Source of the DNA: Nageia nagi
Lineage: Eukaryota > Plantae > Pinophyta
DNA: 64,000 bases
Reading direction: 5' to 3'
NCBI GenBank assembly: GCA_050084985.1
Contig: JBITNC010000002.1
Span: forward strand, 34,658,001-34,722,000
Shown: positions 1 to 12,783 of the stretch, one piece after another
Layout of the letters: each line of letters opens with the position of its first letter
How positions within the stretch are numbered: position 1 is the stretch's first letter
Notes under the pieces: generated by a model
Database searches by the model: none
The model's input: the letters and a program-made list of their open reading frames with translations, nothing else
What the model was told of the DNA's origin: nothing
Program-made: the position numbers and the translations under genes

Positions 1-3000
1 TTTTTTTTTCTTAAAAATAATGTAGGAGAATGTTTCATAACCAAACACCCTAAAGTGAGAAATATTAGGTTTTCTTCTTGATCATGCTTCAAAAAGAGTT
101 TTACTCTAAATGACTTTTATGGGACATATATTCAAGGTGTAAATAGCAATGCTCATAGCTTCACCCCATAAAAAACTAGGAAGATTACCCAACATGCATC
201 TAGCCATTTCTATAATTATTCTATTTTTTCTTTCGATAACATCATTCTGCTGAAGAGTGTAAAGAATCATAAATTACCTTTTGATTCCATACTTAACATA
301 AAAATCATTGAACTCATTACTGTTATATTATCCCCCATTATTTGATTTTAATATCTTGATTTTAAGGTTAGTTTGATTCTCAACAAAGGCCTTAAAATTT
401 TTGAAACTCTCAAATATTTAATCTTTGTGCTTAAGTAGATACCTAAAGGTCATATCAATGAAGGTTAAGATGTAAGATGCTTCTCTAAGAGATTTAATTT
501 GAAATGAACCCATCAAATCTGAATACACAAGTTGAAAAAGTTGAGATGCTCTTGTTACCTTATCTTTTTCAAACTTTTATCTATGTATCTTACCAAGAAT
601 GCACTTCCAATATAGACCAATCGAAGGAGAAATTGAAGATAGATCTTCCACAAGTTCTTGATCTTTCATTACTCGAATACTCTTATGGTTAAGGTGCTCT
701 AAAAGATGGTTTCAAAGATTATCTTTAGAACACATATTAGAAGTAAAACACATCTTTGATGGAACTTGATTCATAATATAAAGGTTATCTTTCACAGATC
801 TTTTAACCAAAGTAGTAAGTCCTTTCTTAATATATCAAGATTGAGAGTCAAACTCAAAAGAGTACCCTTTTTTAATAATTTGGATCACAGATAGGAGATT
901 CATCCTAAGCTTAAGAACATAAAGCACTTTATCAAGAACCTTCCCATGAATCAACACACTCCCAATTCCTTAGACTTCAAGGGTAGAGTTATTAACTATC
1001 ATCTATTCTATACTAACAAAAATTCCCAAACTTTTCTTTTTCAAAGCAAAGGTGATTAGTGCAACCAAAATCATCAATCTAATCAGACGAAAAAGAGTGA
1101 GACATGAAGTAGAGCATCGCAGCAAAATAAACATGAATATTCTTTTTTCTTTTGTAGTTCTTTACATTTTCATTACCTTTGTTCTTTTCCTCTTTTTTTT
1201 TTGTAGCAATCAATTTTTTTATGATTTTAGATGCCATAATAATTACAATTACCATCAAAGTTTTTCTTACGATAAGGATTGTTTGCTTTACCTTTTTCAT
1301 CTCTTTGCTTGAAGTGGTTGTTGTTACGATTATTTCTACTACTATGGTTATTATTTCTATTGTTCTTGGTACTATTATAGCTATTACCTCTTTTTTCAAA
1401 CCTTTTGGGGAAGGATAATATTTCTTTTGATGGTTGAACTTCTTAAAAGGATTTTTAGTTGCTCTAGGAGTAACGTTATTATCTTTAGGAGAAGAAGTTA
1501 ACACCTTATTGTTAAGGGTTTCCTCATGCGTTAATAAATGCCTAGAAAGGTTCTCAAGGGAGAAGCTTTTTTCTTCATCATTAAGCCTTGTTTCCATAAC
1601 TATCATAAAGTTTCCAAACTTTGAAGAAAGGCTTTGAAGAATTATTAAGACCATGAACTTATCATTGATCCAATTGCACCCATAAGCAACAAGTTAGTTT
1701 CTTAGGTCAATGATTTTATTCAAGTAGACAGCCACATTTTATCTTCCTCTTGATGAGGTTGAAGCAACTTTTGAAGAATGGTAAATTTTCTTAAAAAATT
1801 TGAACCAAGTTAGATTTGCTTAAGCTTATCCCAAGCTTCCTTTACCGAGATTGAAGAGAAAATCATCAGGAGCACATCATCTAAAATTGCATGATAAATC
1901 ATGGAGGTTACCAACTCATTCTTTGTGTTGTAAGCCTCTAATACCTTCTCATCTATAGGAGGTACAAGGTTCTCATTCACTATTTGCTAAAGCTTCCTTA
2001 TCTGTAACTCAACTCTCATTTGAAGTTTACAAATCCCAAATTTGGAACCATCAAGAACGTATTTGGGTAAAAAATACATGTGGTTAACAACATTATATGT
2101 TAAGTTTTAATCAAGTAAAAAATACATGTTAATTTTAACATAAAAGACATGCATGATTTGATCCATAAGTGCAAATATTTTACAACTCAAATAATCTATG
2201 TACTCAGATACATTTTTCATCTTAAGAACCATAGATGTAAAGTGACATTGTTGAGACTTTTTTTCTTATCTAAAATTAAGCCTTCACTTGGATGCCCACA
2301 AAAGAGGAACTCAAGTACTACCAATCCTCAACTAGTTCACTTTGGTCAGTTTATACTCTCACAAAGAGAAGTACCTACTATTTTTTAAGGTTATGACATT
2401 TATTGGATTGGACAAATTATTAATCTTGATTAGATTTTAAGTTATCCTTATAGGTTATCAAGATAATTCCTAAATGGACATGCAGACATGTGGTATCACT
2501 ACACACATGCCTGTCCACCTATTGGAGTTATGTTTAGACCAACAGAGGATTTAGGGGCAATTGAAAAGTACAAACTTTTCACCATTTAGATCATCGAACT
2601 TAAAGGCTTCAATCTGCCTATCCTCATCTCATGGCTCTCCAAATAAGTCATGTTGCAGAATGTACATGTGGATGTATTCATTTTTAGGGGTTTGCTCATA
2701 TCAATGTTTACATTTTTGTTTACATAAGCAAATAAAGCAAAAAATGAAAAATAAAGTAAATAGCATAAATAAAATATCATACATTTAAAATTTGAAACCT
2801 AAGTGTCCAATGGGTTTTGTTTACCAACCCCTAAAGGACACCTTTACATCATTCCTAATTTTGCACAAGTCCATTCTTGCATAACAAGTAGATTGCATCA
2901 TAAATTAAGATTTTAAGCATGCATTATTTGACTTAAAAAATTCAGTATCTAACTTAAATTTTAAGTCTTTAAGTATTTATCATCAAAAATTAAGTTCTAA

Positions 3001-4687
3001 GTAAGTATTAGGCATGCATAAAATTTAAGTACTAAGCATGCATTTATTAATTAAAAAATAAGCATTAAGCATGCATTTAACTAAAAATTTAAGTGCTAAG
3101 CATTTAAATAAAAATTTAGTATGCATACTAGATAAAAAATTAAGAAATTTATACAAATTCCTTACTTTTTACTTAAAGATTTATCCCTAAAAGTAGCATA
3201 CTAAATAATTTATTTGCATGTTAAAAAAAATTTTAAGTATGTATTAATATTTTAAGTAAAAAAAATTTTTACATAAAGAGTAGCATAGCTAAATTAAATT
3301 AGCATTTCTCTTAAAAAAAATAAACTAATAATTTGCTTAGGTAAATTAAAAAACTTAAGCAAATAAAATCTCCATTTTAAGAGTAATGATTAAAATATAC
3401 TTTAACATTTTGGCCATCTACACACTCAAAAGGAAATTTAAATGCACTTCATGATACACAAGATTATAATTCATTAAATTTGGAGTATAAGTTTGCCTCT
3501 AAGTGCATTAAATAGAAACAAAAGACTTGCAAGCAATCAAAAAATATTAAATGCCCACCAAAAGGAAGGAGTATATGATTGCTTCTAAGTGCATTTAATG
3601 GAAACAAAGAGCTAGCAAGTAATTAAGTAAAAATATTAAATGCCCATCAACCATTATAGGTTAAAAAGGAATCATCAAAAAAAGGTAGTTGCATGTGAAG
3701 TAAAATAAGGAGCAAGAAAAAAAAGAGGAAAGGGGTCACACATAGAGAGAGGCTACGAAGGAGAGGGCTAAGAGATGAGCTATGAGGGCAGCAGGCCATT
3801 GGGTAGAGGAGGTTGTGAAGGGTGGCAAGCGACTGGGCATAGGTCGTTGAGGGTGATAGGCAGCTGGGGGGAAGCCGTGGAGGGTAGCAAGTCATGGGAC
3901 AACAAAGGTCATGGAGGGTGATAGGCAACTGGGCAGAGGCCATAGAGGGTGGCAAGCTGTGGGTGGCAAAGGTCGCAAAGGGTGACAAGCAACAACAACG
4001 TGGAGGAGAGAGGTCACTGTCACCACTCTCTTTTACTTCTTTTTATTTCTTATTTTTTAATTATAACTTAAAAGGAAAAAAATTAGATTTCCTTCCTATA
4101 TATATTGTAATGAATATAGTATAAGGAATATATTTACAATATTTTATATTCTCTTAAAAATAAGCCTTCCCTAATTTTGTTGAAACGAAAAAAAAGAGAG
4201 AATAAAAAAATGTAGTAAAGTGAAGTTACTTCAATTTTTTTGTGTTAGTATCAAAATAGTTGAAGTAAAAATTTGTAGAATACAACTATTTTGATAAGAG
4301 AACTAAGGTAAGCAAAAAACTATAATATATAAGCTTTTCATAAAAAAATTGCATATATTTTTTGAAGGGAAAAAAATGTAGTATATTTTTACTCAAATAC
4401 ATAATAAAACCTCCAAAAAATAATTAAGGATATGCAAAATTATAGCAATAGGTAATTTTAAAAATTGCAACAAACAATAAGACATGTTAGAGTAAAAAAT
4501 ACAACAATACATTACCTAGTTTGTTATAAATAAGGACTACCACAACATAAAATATGCTAGTAACATAATTCAATAATCTATAAGACAACCAAAGGAGGAG
4601 GTAAATTATACCTTATCTTAGTTTTACCTCACCAATGGAGATCACCAAGATGTAATTTTCACATCAAGAATAAGAGATTTCACACCC

Positions 4688-4699
4688 GCTCTGATACCA
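4688..4699 (-). other. Primer-binding site complementary to tRNA-iMet 3' end
   Basis: GCTCTGATACCA on + strand = TGGTATCAGAGC on - strand. Confidence 0.9.
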
Positions 4700-4701
4700 A
4701 A

Positions 4702-5201
4702 TGAGAGAATTGAACTATAACATGAATAACTCTAAACTCTCAAGATCATATGAAAGCTCACAATTCACATCTAACAAACTCACAAAGCAATCTCACAACA
4801 CAACACAAGATGTAAGTGGTTCCTCCAACTAGGAGTACATCCACTAACTAGATCTTTACTTCAATCACAAATACAACTCTCTTATAATTCTCTTAATCTC
4901 AACTCCTATGCTCTATCCTATAGCATAACTTTACTCCACAATTGGTGTGTAATCACAAAGAAGGAGCCTTCTATTTATAGGCCAAAATCCCTCTTTAGAT
5001 CACCTTTTTATCTAATATACAAAAGCATGACATGAACATCTTTTTACCCAAGGGGCATGCTCATGACATGGAGTGTAGGACAAATTACATTATCATATTC
5101 ACTTAAATAATTAAGGTATCAAATGATACCCTTAAGTATTAGTGAATTTACATAGAAGATTATTATAAAACCTTTACAATAATGCATTATACATTCTAAC
5201 A
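4702..5201 (-). repeat. 5' LTR of copia element (500 bp)
   Basis: TG...CA termini on minus strand; TATA (CTATAAATAG) at 4971-4980; PBS follows 2 nt after the end; gypsy RT resumes at 5202. Confidence 0.85.
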
Positions 5202-8200
5202 CATTTGGAGTTACTTCTAAAAAATTGTTAGGGTTCATAGTTTCAAATAGAGGAATTGAAGTAGATCCTAAGAAAGTAAAAGCCATTATTGACATGCCTA
5301 ACCCTAGAAACTTGAAACAACTTAGAAGTATTCAAGGAAAGATAAATTCAGTTAGGAGGTTCATCTCACAACTAGGGGACAAGTGTAGACCATTCACTCA
5401 CTTACTTAAGAAGGATGTCAAGTTTGTATGGGATGTGAATTGCCATAAAGCATTTGAAGATATCAAGCAATATTTGCTTAACCCCCCTATCCTTATTTCC
5501 ATGGATTTTTCCCAACCAACTTACTTGTATATCTCAACCTCCTTGTATGCCATAGGAACCATGCTATGTCAAAAAATTGACAATAATAAAGAGAGCGCTA
5601 TCTATTATCTAAGCAAGACATTGGTTGATTATGAGACAAGGTACACTCCTATGGAGAAGATTTTCTTTGCTATGATATTTACCACTAAAAAAGTAAGGCA
5701 TTACTTTTTATATTGCACCACATATGTTGTTAGTCTTGTTGATCCTTTAAAATATCTTGTGGCTAAACAACACTTATCCGGTAGATTTGCAAAGTGGCTA
5801 ATGTTATTACACGAATTTGATATTAATATGGTGAAGCAAAAATCTATTAAAAGATAGGCCATTGCAGATCTGATAGCAAATTTCCCTTAGAAAGGTGAGG
5901 AGGTTATCCATGAAGAATTTCTTCACATTTTTGAGGATCCATAGTGCCAGCGGCCTAACAACCTATCAACAGGGCACTAATGATGTGACTTTGAAGAGAT
6001 CTCCATCCCTAATGATTATATTTGTCTTTTAGAGGATGAGCCTGTAGTTTGGACCCTATATTTTGATGGTTCTAGATGCATTCACAGAGTAGGGATAGGT
6101 ATTATTTTGGTCTTCCCTACCAATCAAGTAATTACTATTGCATATAAATTGGATTTCAAATGCACTAATAATATGGCTAAGTATGAAGCTTTGATATTGG
6201 GATTGAAGGCAACTTTAGAATTGAAAATTGCAGACATAGAAATTTATGGGGACTCACTATTTGTTATCAACCAAGTGAAGGGTACTTATGATACCAAATA
6301 TGAGAAGCTAATGCCTTATAGGGTGGTTATGATTGAGTTGCTAGAGAGGCTTGACATGTATACTATTGAGACTATTCCTAGGACTAATAATAGATATGCA
6401 AATGCTATGGCAAGCACAGCCTCTTTGGTACCAATTAAGCTTGAAGATGAGGAGACCATTCTCACTATCCATAAGTTAAGTCCTCCATCTTGCACAACTC
6501 ATCTTCATTCTATTTTTTCTTGTCTTATTACCAATAATGATGCTTTTCAATATTGGTATTTTGATATCTATAGCTACTTAAGAGACCAAAGTATTTCTTC
6601 TAGATATAATAAGAATGATATACTAAGATTGAGAAGGACTGTTATGAAATATGTTATCATTGGTGATATTTTATATAGAAGATCCATTGATGGTGCTTTG
6701 TTGAGATGTTTAACACAAGATGAGATATATACTACTTTAGAGCAAGCTCATAATGGATTATGTGGTGGCCATTTTCATGCCAAAGCTCTTTATACAAAGA
6801 TCTTGTGAATAGGGTACTATTGGCCCACTATAAAAGAAGATTATCAAACTCATGTGAAAGCATGTGTGTCATGCCAAAAGCATGTAAACTTAGAAAAATA
6901 GCCCACTCAAGAACTCAATTCCATTGTTTCTCCATGGTCCTTTACTACTTAGGGCATAGATTTGATTAGCATGATTAATCCTCATTCTAAAGAAGGACAC
7001 AAATTTGTCATCACAAATACAAAATATACTACCAAGTGGGCAGAAGTCATCCCCATGGAGTCAGTTACACAAGAAAAGATTATTGGATTCCTTATAGAAT
7101 AAATCATCACTAGATTTGATGTGCCACAAAGGTTGATCATGGATAATGGTCCAAATCTCAATGGTAAGGATATGCAAGCATTTTGTAAAAATTTTCACAT
7201 CATAAAAACTTTTTCTTCAGTTTACTACCCTTAAGGCAATGGCCAAGCTGAAGCAACAAACAAGACACTTAAGAGTATTCTTGCCAAAACATAGGATAAG
7301 TGCAAAAGAGATTGGCATGAGCAATTGCCATATGCACTATGGGCCTACATAACTAGTGTCTGAACATCTATTGGGGCAACCCCCTTTTCATTGGTATATG
7401 GAGATGAGGACATTATCCCACTTGGTTAGAGATTCCTTCGTTTAGGATCTCTTTACAAGGTGATATTCTAGATGAAGATGCAAGAAAAGTAAGATTGCAA
7501 TAGTTAGAGATGTTATATGAAAGAAGAATCAAAGCCATTGAGCATCAAAAGGTCTACCATGCCAAACTTAAGAGAGCATTTGGCAAGAAGATAAAATCTA
7601 AAGAGTTCAAAATAGGGCACCTAGTCTTAAAAGAGAATATCAACAAAACAACAACAAATGAGGAGGCTAAAGGCAAATTTGAACCCAATTGGTTGGGCCC
7701 ATATGTTGTTATTAATGCAATAGGATTAGGAGCATACAAGTTATCAACTTAGGATGGCAAGGAAGAACCAAAAACCTTCAATCTTCAATGCCATCCATCT
7801 CATGCATTTTTACGCTTGAAAAGCATAGCTTTGTTCCCTTGCAAAATAATTCATATCAAATGCAGGGGCATAATATCTTTTTATTTTATGTATAGATCCA
7901 TGTAGAACATGGCATCGACGATGTGCTTGATTATTAGCATGCCATCGATGGTGTGTAAAAAAAATTGACATCCGTGAGCAAGATGTTGACATTAAATCAT
8001 CTCCAATGGATGAAACAACTTCCTGTGCATCCATCAATTTTTTATGACTGATATTTCATTGTAGGTACATAGATCTAACAAAATAAAAGAAAATTATAGT
8101 CAAAACTAGGGCGCCAACGTCATGCTCACAATTTGTTGGGCCATTGATAGTGTACATTTCATTATCATTTCCAACAATCCAAAGCGTAACCTCTCTGTTT

Positions 8201-9097
8201 CAAGGCATGAACGTAAGTGCAAATGGTTCTCGAGTATCAAACATGATAGAACAACCAAATTCATGATTGAGATAATGTAAAAGAGGCACATCATACCTTC
8301 CATCTCCAACCTTGGATATGGACTTTCATAGTCATCCAAACATCATCCAAATAGTATTCATGAAGATAACTTCTTCAGCAGCTTTTGCCTTGGATACTCC
8401 ACTTAAGAATATTTCTTGGGGCACCCAAGTCAAAAGGGGGGCAGCATAAAGACCCTCAACATCATTCAGTAAAAGACAACATCAACAAAAAGATTACAAA
8501 ATTTTCTTCTATGTCTTGGCTACACTACTTCTTTAGACATGTGATTTCATTGCTTCAATCACACATCCAAAGAGGGGCAAATGTAGATGCCTCAAAATGA
8601 ACCTTTATGTAATTAATAAATCATTTTAATCTCTTAACAGATTATTATATAAAAAGGGATTAAAAATGTATAAAAGAGATGTAGGCCATGTATTTGACCC
8701 TTGTGGATTGTACAAGGGGTCAAAATATCAAAGTCATGTAAACTTGTATCATATATAAAGGCATCATTTGATGACCTATAGATGATGAGCGAATCATAGG
8801 CAAATAATTATTTCAAGCTAATACAAGGATTATCAATTGAAGATCATTTGAAAGATTGCAACTTGATTTATCTATCTGCATTGCACATCTATTATTCTGT
8901 AAGTTCGCATGTATGTTCATAATTTGATTATTTGCTAATTCGCTCATCCCTACATTTTTGTTCACGTATGTAATTTCACTTATCTTACGATGTCGATGGC
9001 ATACTTGTTCATGAATGTTATGCTCCATCTTTTATGTATTTTATGATTAATGGAATGAATATAGAATCTAAGTAAACACTATTGCATTTTTGCTACA
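5202..9097 (+). mobile_element. Ty3/gypsy Tat/Ogre-type retrotransposon, 3' part (RT C-term, RH, additional archaeal-type RNase H, integrase, PPT, 3' LTR), decayed
   Basis: RT FGVTSKKLLGFIVSNRGIEVDPKKVKAI; RH IYYLSKTLVDYETRY; second RNase H WTLYFDGS...TNNMAKYEALILGL...IYGDS; integrase H-H-C-C (HNGLCGGH...CVSC) and GKFEPNWLGPY; PPT AAAGAGGGGCAAA at ~8569-8581. Confidence 0.9.
8582..9097 (+). repeat. Probable 3' LTR of the Tat/Ogre element
   Basis: Starts TGTAG directly after the PPT; TATATAAA near 8752; ends CTACA at 9097 (inverted terminus). Right end is approximate. Confidence 0.6.
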
Positions 9098-9109
9098 TGT
9101 TATTGCCAT

Positions 9110-9480
9110 ATTTTTTATATATGCATCAATATTTACAAAATAGAACAATAGTGCATTAATCAACCCCATTTGCATTATTTAGCTACTACAGCCACCATAC
9201 TAACAAATTAGCAATTTCTTTTGAGCATATATCGCGATTATTATATTTCATGGGATTGCATCTTGATGAGGTATTTTATCAAACAATTCACATACCGTTT
9301 CAACATATCTATTTTTTGCATGTCCTAGGATCATTGCAATTGATGAGATTGTATTTCCAGGTATTTTATCAAATAATTCATGGGCCCTTTCAACATATCC
9401 ATTTTTATGCATATCCTATGATTATTGTAGTCCATAAAAATGTGTATTGCATCCTTCAACTGCCCATCTCAATAGAGTTG
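9110..9480 (-). pseudogene. PLS-class PPR fragment
   Basis: Minus-strand translation across frameshifts: WTTIIIGYA-KNGYVERAHELFDKIP...AMILGHAKNRYVETVCELFDKIPHQDAIP*NIII. Confidence 0.75.
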
Positions 9481-10379
9481 AGGGAGAGTGATATTCATAT
9501 CATTTTGGTGGGTAAGTGCTGAGATTGTATGATTGTGAAAATGCGAGCAATAAAAAACCATGGCCTTCAAAAGCAAGAGAAAGAGATGGAGATGGTCTTA
9601 TGGTTGTTTATGTTATTAAAGTATTAACAACACTCATTCACAATTATGTGTCCCTACTGATTCATTCATAGAATAATGTAGTAAGAGTCACTTATGCTAA
9701 TAATGTATTTATTACCTTCGTCCATGACATGCACACATACCGATTCATCCTTGCAATAATGCAATAAGAGTCACTTATATTAATAAAATATTTACAACTC
9801 TCATCCATGATCTCTCACCACCATCCAAAGTGGCTAAGTGATGACACACCTTAGGGCTTCCATGGTACATACATAATTTTATAGATTGTAATGATTGGTT
9901 ACAACAAGAATGCCCAAAGCTAGGAAGTCTCTTTCACTTGGAGCATTCAAAAATATTAAAATATTGCATAGAAAAAGAAAATTCCTAAAATTCTCTTGGA
10001 GTCTCTTCAACTTAGAATAATTTCTTGTAGGTAATGTTCAAAAAGAAGAAAGATTCCTAAATCTCTTAAAATATATCTCTTACTTGGAACAAAGATACAT
10101 AACTAATCTCTCTAACATGGAATGATCACTCATTTGTAATGTTGCATTATGAAGAACCTTTGAGTATGTGATGATTGCCATACTGCAAACAATTTTATCT
10201 CCAAGATTGTTCCAAGGGATATTGTTGTGAAGGATACAGACAAATTCCATCATTTCAAACATGCAAAATGTTCTTATGGAGATTAATGGTGATGCAAACA
10301 TACTTATTATTCCATATATTTTGAAATACAAATGCACTATTAATATGTAAAAAAATGAAACCCAATAACCACAACATGC

Positions 10380-11300
10380 AATGAATGCACCTTTGTTAGT
10401 GTTTTTTTTGCTTTATCCAACTCCTTTATGAAGAACCTTTAAGTGAATCTTATTGCATTATTCTTAGGATGAATCATTATACATGCATGGTTGACCTTCT
10501 TGGCCATGTAGACTATCTTGATAAAGCTTTGAACTTCATTGCCAAATTGCCCATTAAACTTGAATTGGGTGTGTGGATTTGCCTGTTTGGTGCTTGTAGA
10601 TCATATAAGAATGTAGCAATAGGGGAATTTATGACAACAATTTTTTTTTTGTTGGAGCGTAAATATGCTCTCAAACATTTATGCTATGTATGGTAGGTGG
10701 AATCAAAAAAATATATATATATAGAATAAAGATGAAATATAAAGGCATTTAAATACATGGATGTAATTGGATTATGGTTAATAAACAACTTCATACTTTT
10801 TGTATGGGAGAAGATCACATCTAAATACACTAGATATTTATAAAGAGTTGGAAAGAATGTCTCTAGTGACAAAAGCAGTAGGATATATTCCTAATTGGAA
10901 ATTTGCTTTGCAAGATGTTAAAGATGAAGGGATGGAGCAAATTCTTTGCCACCACAATGAGAAATTAAAAAATTCTTTTGGGTTGTTAAACACATACACC
11001 AATTGCAACCAAATGGGGTTTCATTGAGTATTATTCTACATGTATGTAAAATGTTGAATAATACACAAGGCTTGGGAATTATTTGAGAAGATGCATGGTC
11101 CAAACACATTTCTATGGACTACAATATCATAAGATGTGCAAATAAGGTTTTTCATTGAATGTTATGGATGTGAAATCCCAGCTAAGATTTTTAAAAAGTT
11201 TATTGTGTAACATCATATGGTGTCTATGGAGTTGAATGTGTGCTAAACATGGAAAATGTATCCATATGGTTGAAAAATATATTGATTAGGCTACAAAGGT
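10380..11300 (+). pseudogene. PLS-PPR E/DYW-class pseudogene fragment, followed by further PPR motifs
   Basis: HYTCMVDLLG...VWICLFGACRSYKNV (L2/S2-E region); GYIPNWKFALQDVKDE...LCHHNEKL (start of DYW domain); then MYVKC*IIHKAWELFEKM...WTTI at ~11040-11140. Confidence 0.85.
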
Positions 11301-11519
11301 GTGGAAGATGACTAACTGTTGATAAATCATTATTGCTTTCCAAGGCTCTGCAACAATATCCAACAATAAAACAAAGCAAAAAACATGAATACCCTAGCCT
11401 TTATATGGTAAGTCAATGACCCTCACATTCACCATTAACAAATGCTTGAGTGGTTGGTGATGTTTGGTATTAATTTTTGCATTCAAGGTGACAATAAAAG
11501 TTCTCAAAATACATGATAG

Positions 11520-11865
11520 TGGATAAACACATTGTGTTTTACTCAAGAGAGGATAAATACATTGTATTTATCGATACATGCAATGTATTTATCCATGTGC
11601 AAAAAATAGACGAAGATTTTTATAGGTAGATAAACACATTGTGCTTTCACTAGGGGATAAATGTATTTTTTTGACAATGAATAAATGCATTACATTTTAA
11701 GTGGGATAAACACAACATTTTTAAGGAGAGATAAACACATTGTGCATGTTTACATAATAAAAGCATTATGTTTATTTGAGGATAAACATAATATGTTTAA
11801 TGGTGGGTATTTATCCCAAGCTAAACATAAAATGTTTATCCTCTAGTAAAAATAATACATTTATA
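11520..11865. repeat. Array of ~10 short imperfect palindromes GATAAAYACA-N-TGTRTTTATC
   Basis: Copies at ~11522, 11552 (perfect GATAAATACA-T-TGTATTTATC), 11629, 11705, 11730, 11781, 11821. Confidence 0.7.
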
Positions 11866-12783
11866 TATACATGTGCCATGGAAATGCATGCATGCTCTTT
11901 ATGATATATTTAAGTCGAAAAATAGACTAACTCTACCAACATTAAATAATAGTTGGAGTTATTTGTCGCTTATGTTGTGGTTGATTAGGTGAGACCTAGA
12001 TAGACTATCACAAATAAGTAGTTGTTTGTATTGTCGATGAGGACGTTGATTACTTCTGTGCGATAGTCAACTTCCAACCATTAATTTTATCAGTTGAGAG
12101 AAGTTTTAATGAATGATTTAATGGTATAACAATTAGAACATTAGATTGAGAACCCATTGACACGAGTTCGAATATTGTTAATCACTTTTTTTAAAAAATC
12201 CAACACTTATTTTTTTTATGTTGATCTACACCTTAACCTAGACGAATGCAGAAGGTGTTGCCCATATTGTTGTTGACAACACTAATCTACACCTTAACTC
12301 AAACAACTATCATACAAAAATTATTACCTATATTATTGAAGATGATACTTACTTCTATACGACACTCAATTACTTCTATACAATAATTATGAATCCCACT
12401 TCATCAAATACAACACAAATAATAAATAACTATAACCTCAACCAACACAAAAATTTACTAACCTTCTCCCAAACAAAAACCCTACACACGTTTATTTTGA
12501 ACTACTCCTTTATCTTTATCCAAACCAATATGTTTAAATGACTTTTCACTTTACCCTTTATCATTTATAACTCGTTTATGCTGCGTAACTTGCGGCATCA
12601 ATTATGCATTACTTATCTTTCCTTCTTTGAATATTTGACAAAAGCAGACTGCGATGGGACCTTCACAGCCGGACACCCCTTTCTTTCCCCACACGCCGAA
12701 GTGAGCTTTTTCATACTGTAGGATTCTCTGTAACACTCTGTTTTTTAACACCCATTGCCATTCTCCTTCTTCCCCCAACCACA

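Larger units (their letters stand above)
1..5201 (-). mobile_element. Ty1/copia LTR retrotransposon, 5' part (5' LTR, PBS, long leader, decayed gag-PR-IN); continues beyond window start
   Basis: Minus strand: LTR 5201-4702 (TGTTAG...CTCA), then PBS TGGTATCAGAGC (4699-4688). Gag-like ORF 1079-1654 (ILQSLSSKFGNF), protease-like DFGCTNHL near 1050-1080, integrase KIKILKSNNGGxY near 310-365. Many stops and frameshifts. Confidence 0.9.

Noticed and set aside
11520-11865. CRISPR-like repeat-spacer appearance
   Set aside because: Repeats are degenerate, spacers are very short and irregular, there are no cas genes, and the context is eukaryotic.
12118-12195. Possible tRNA (TAATGGTATAA...GAGTTCGAAT followed by a T-run)
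   Set aside because: Only box-like motifs; no acceptor or anticodon stems can be formed.
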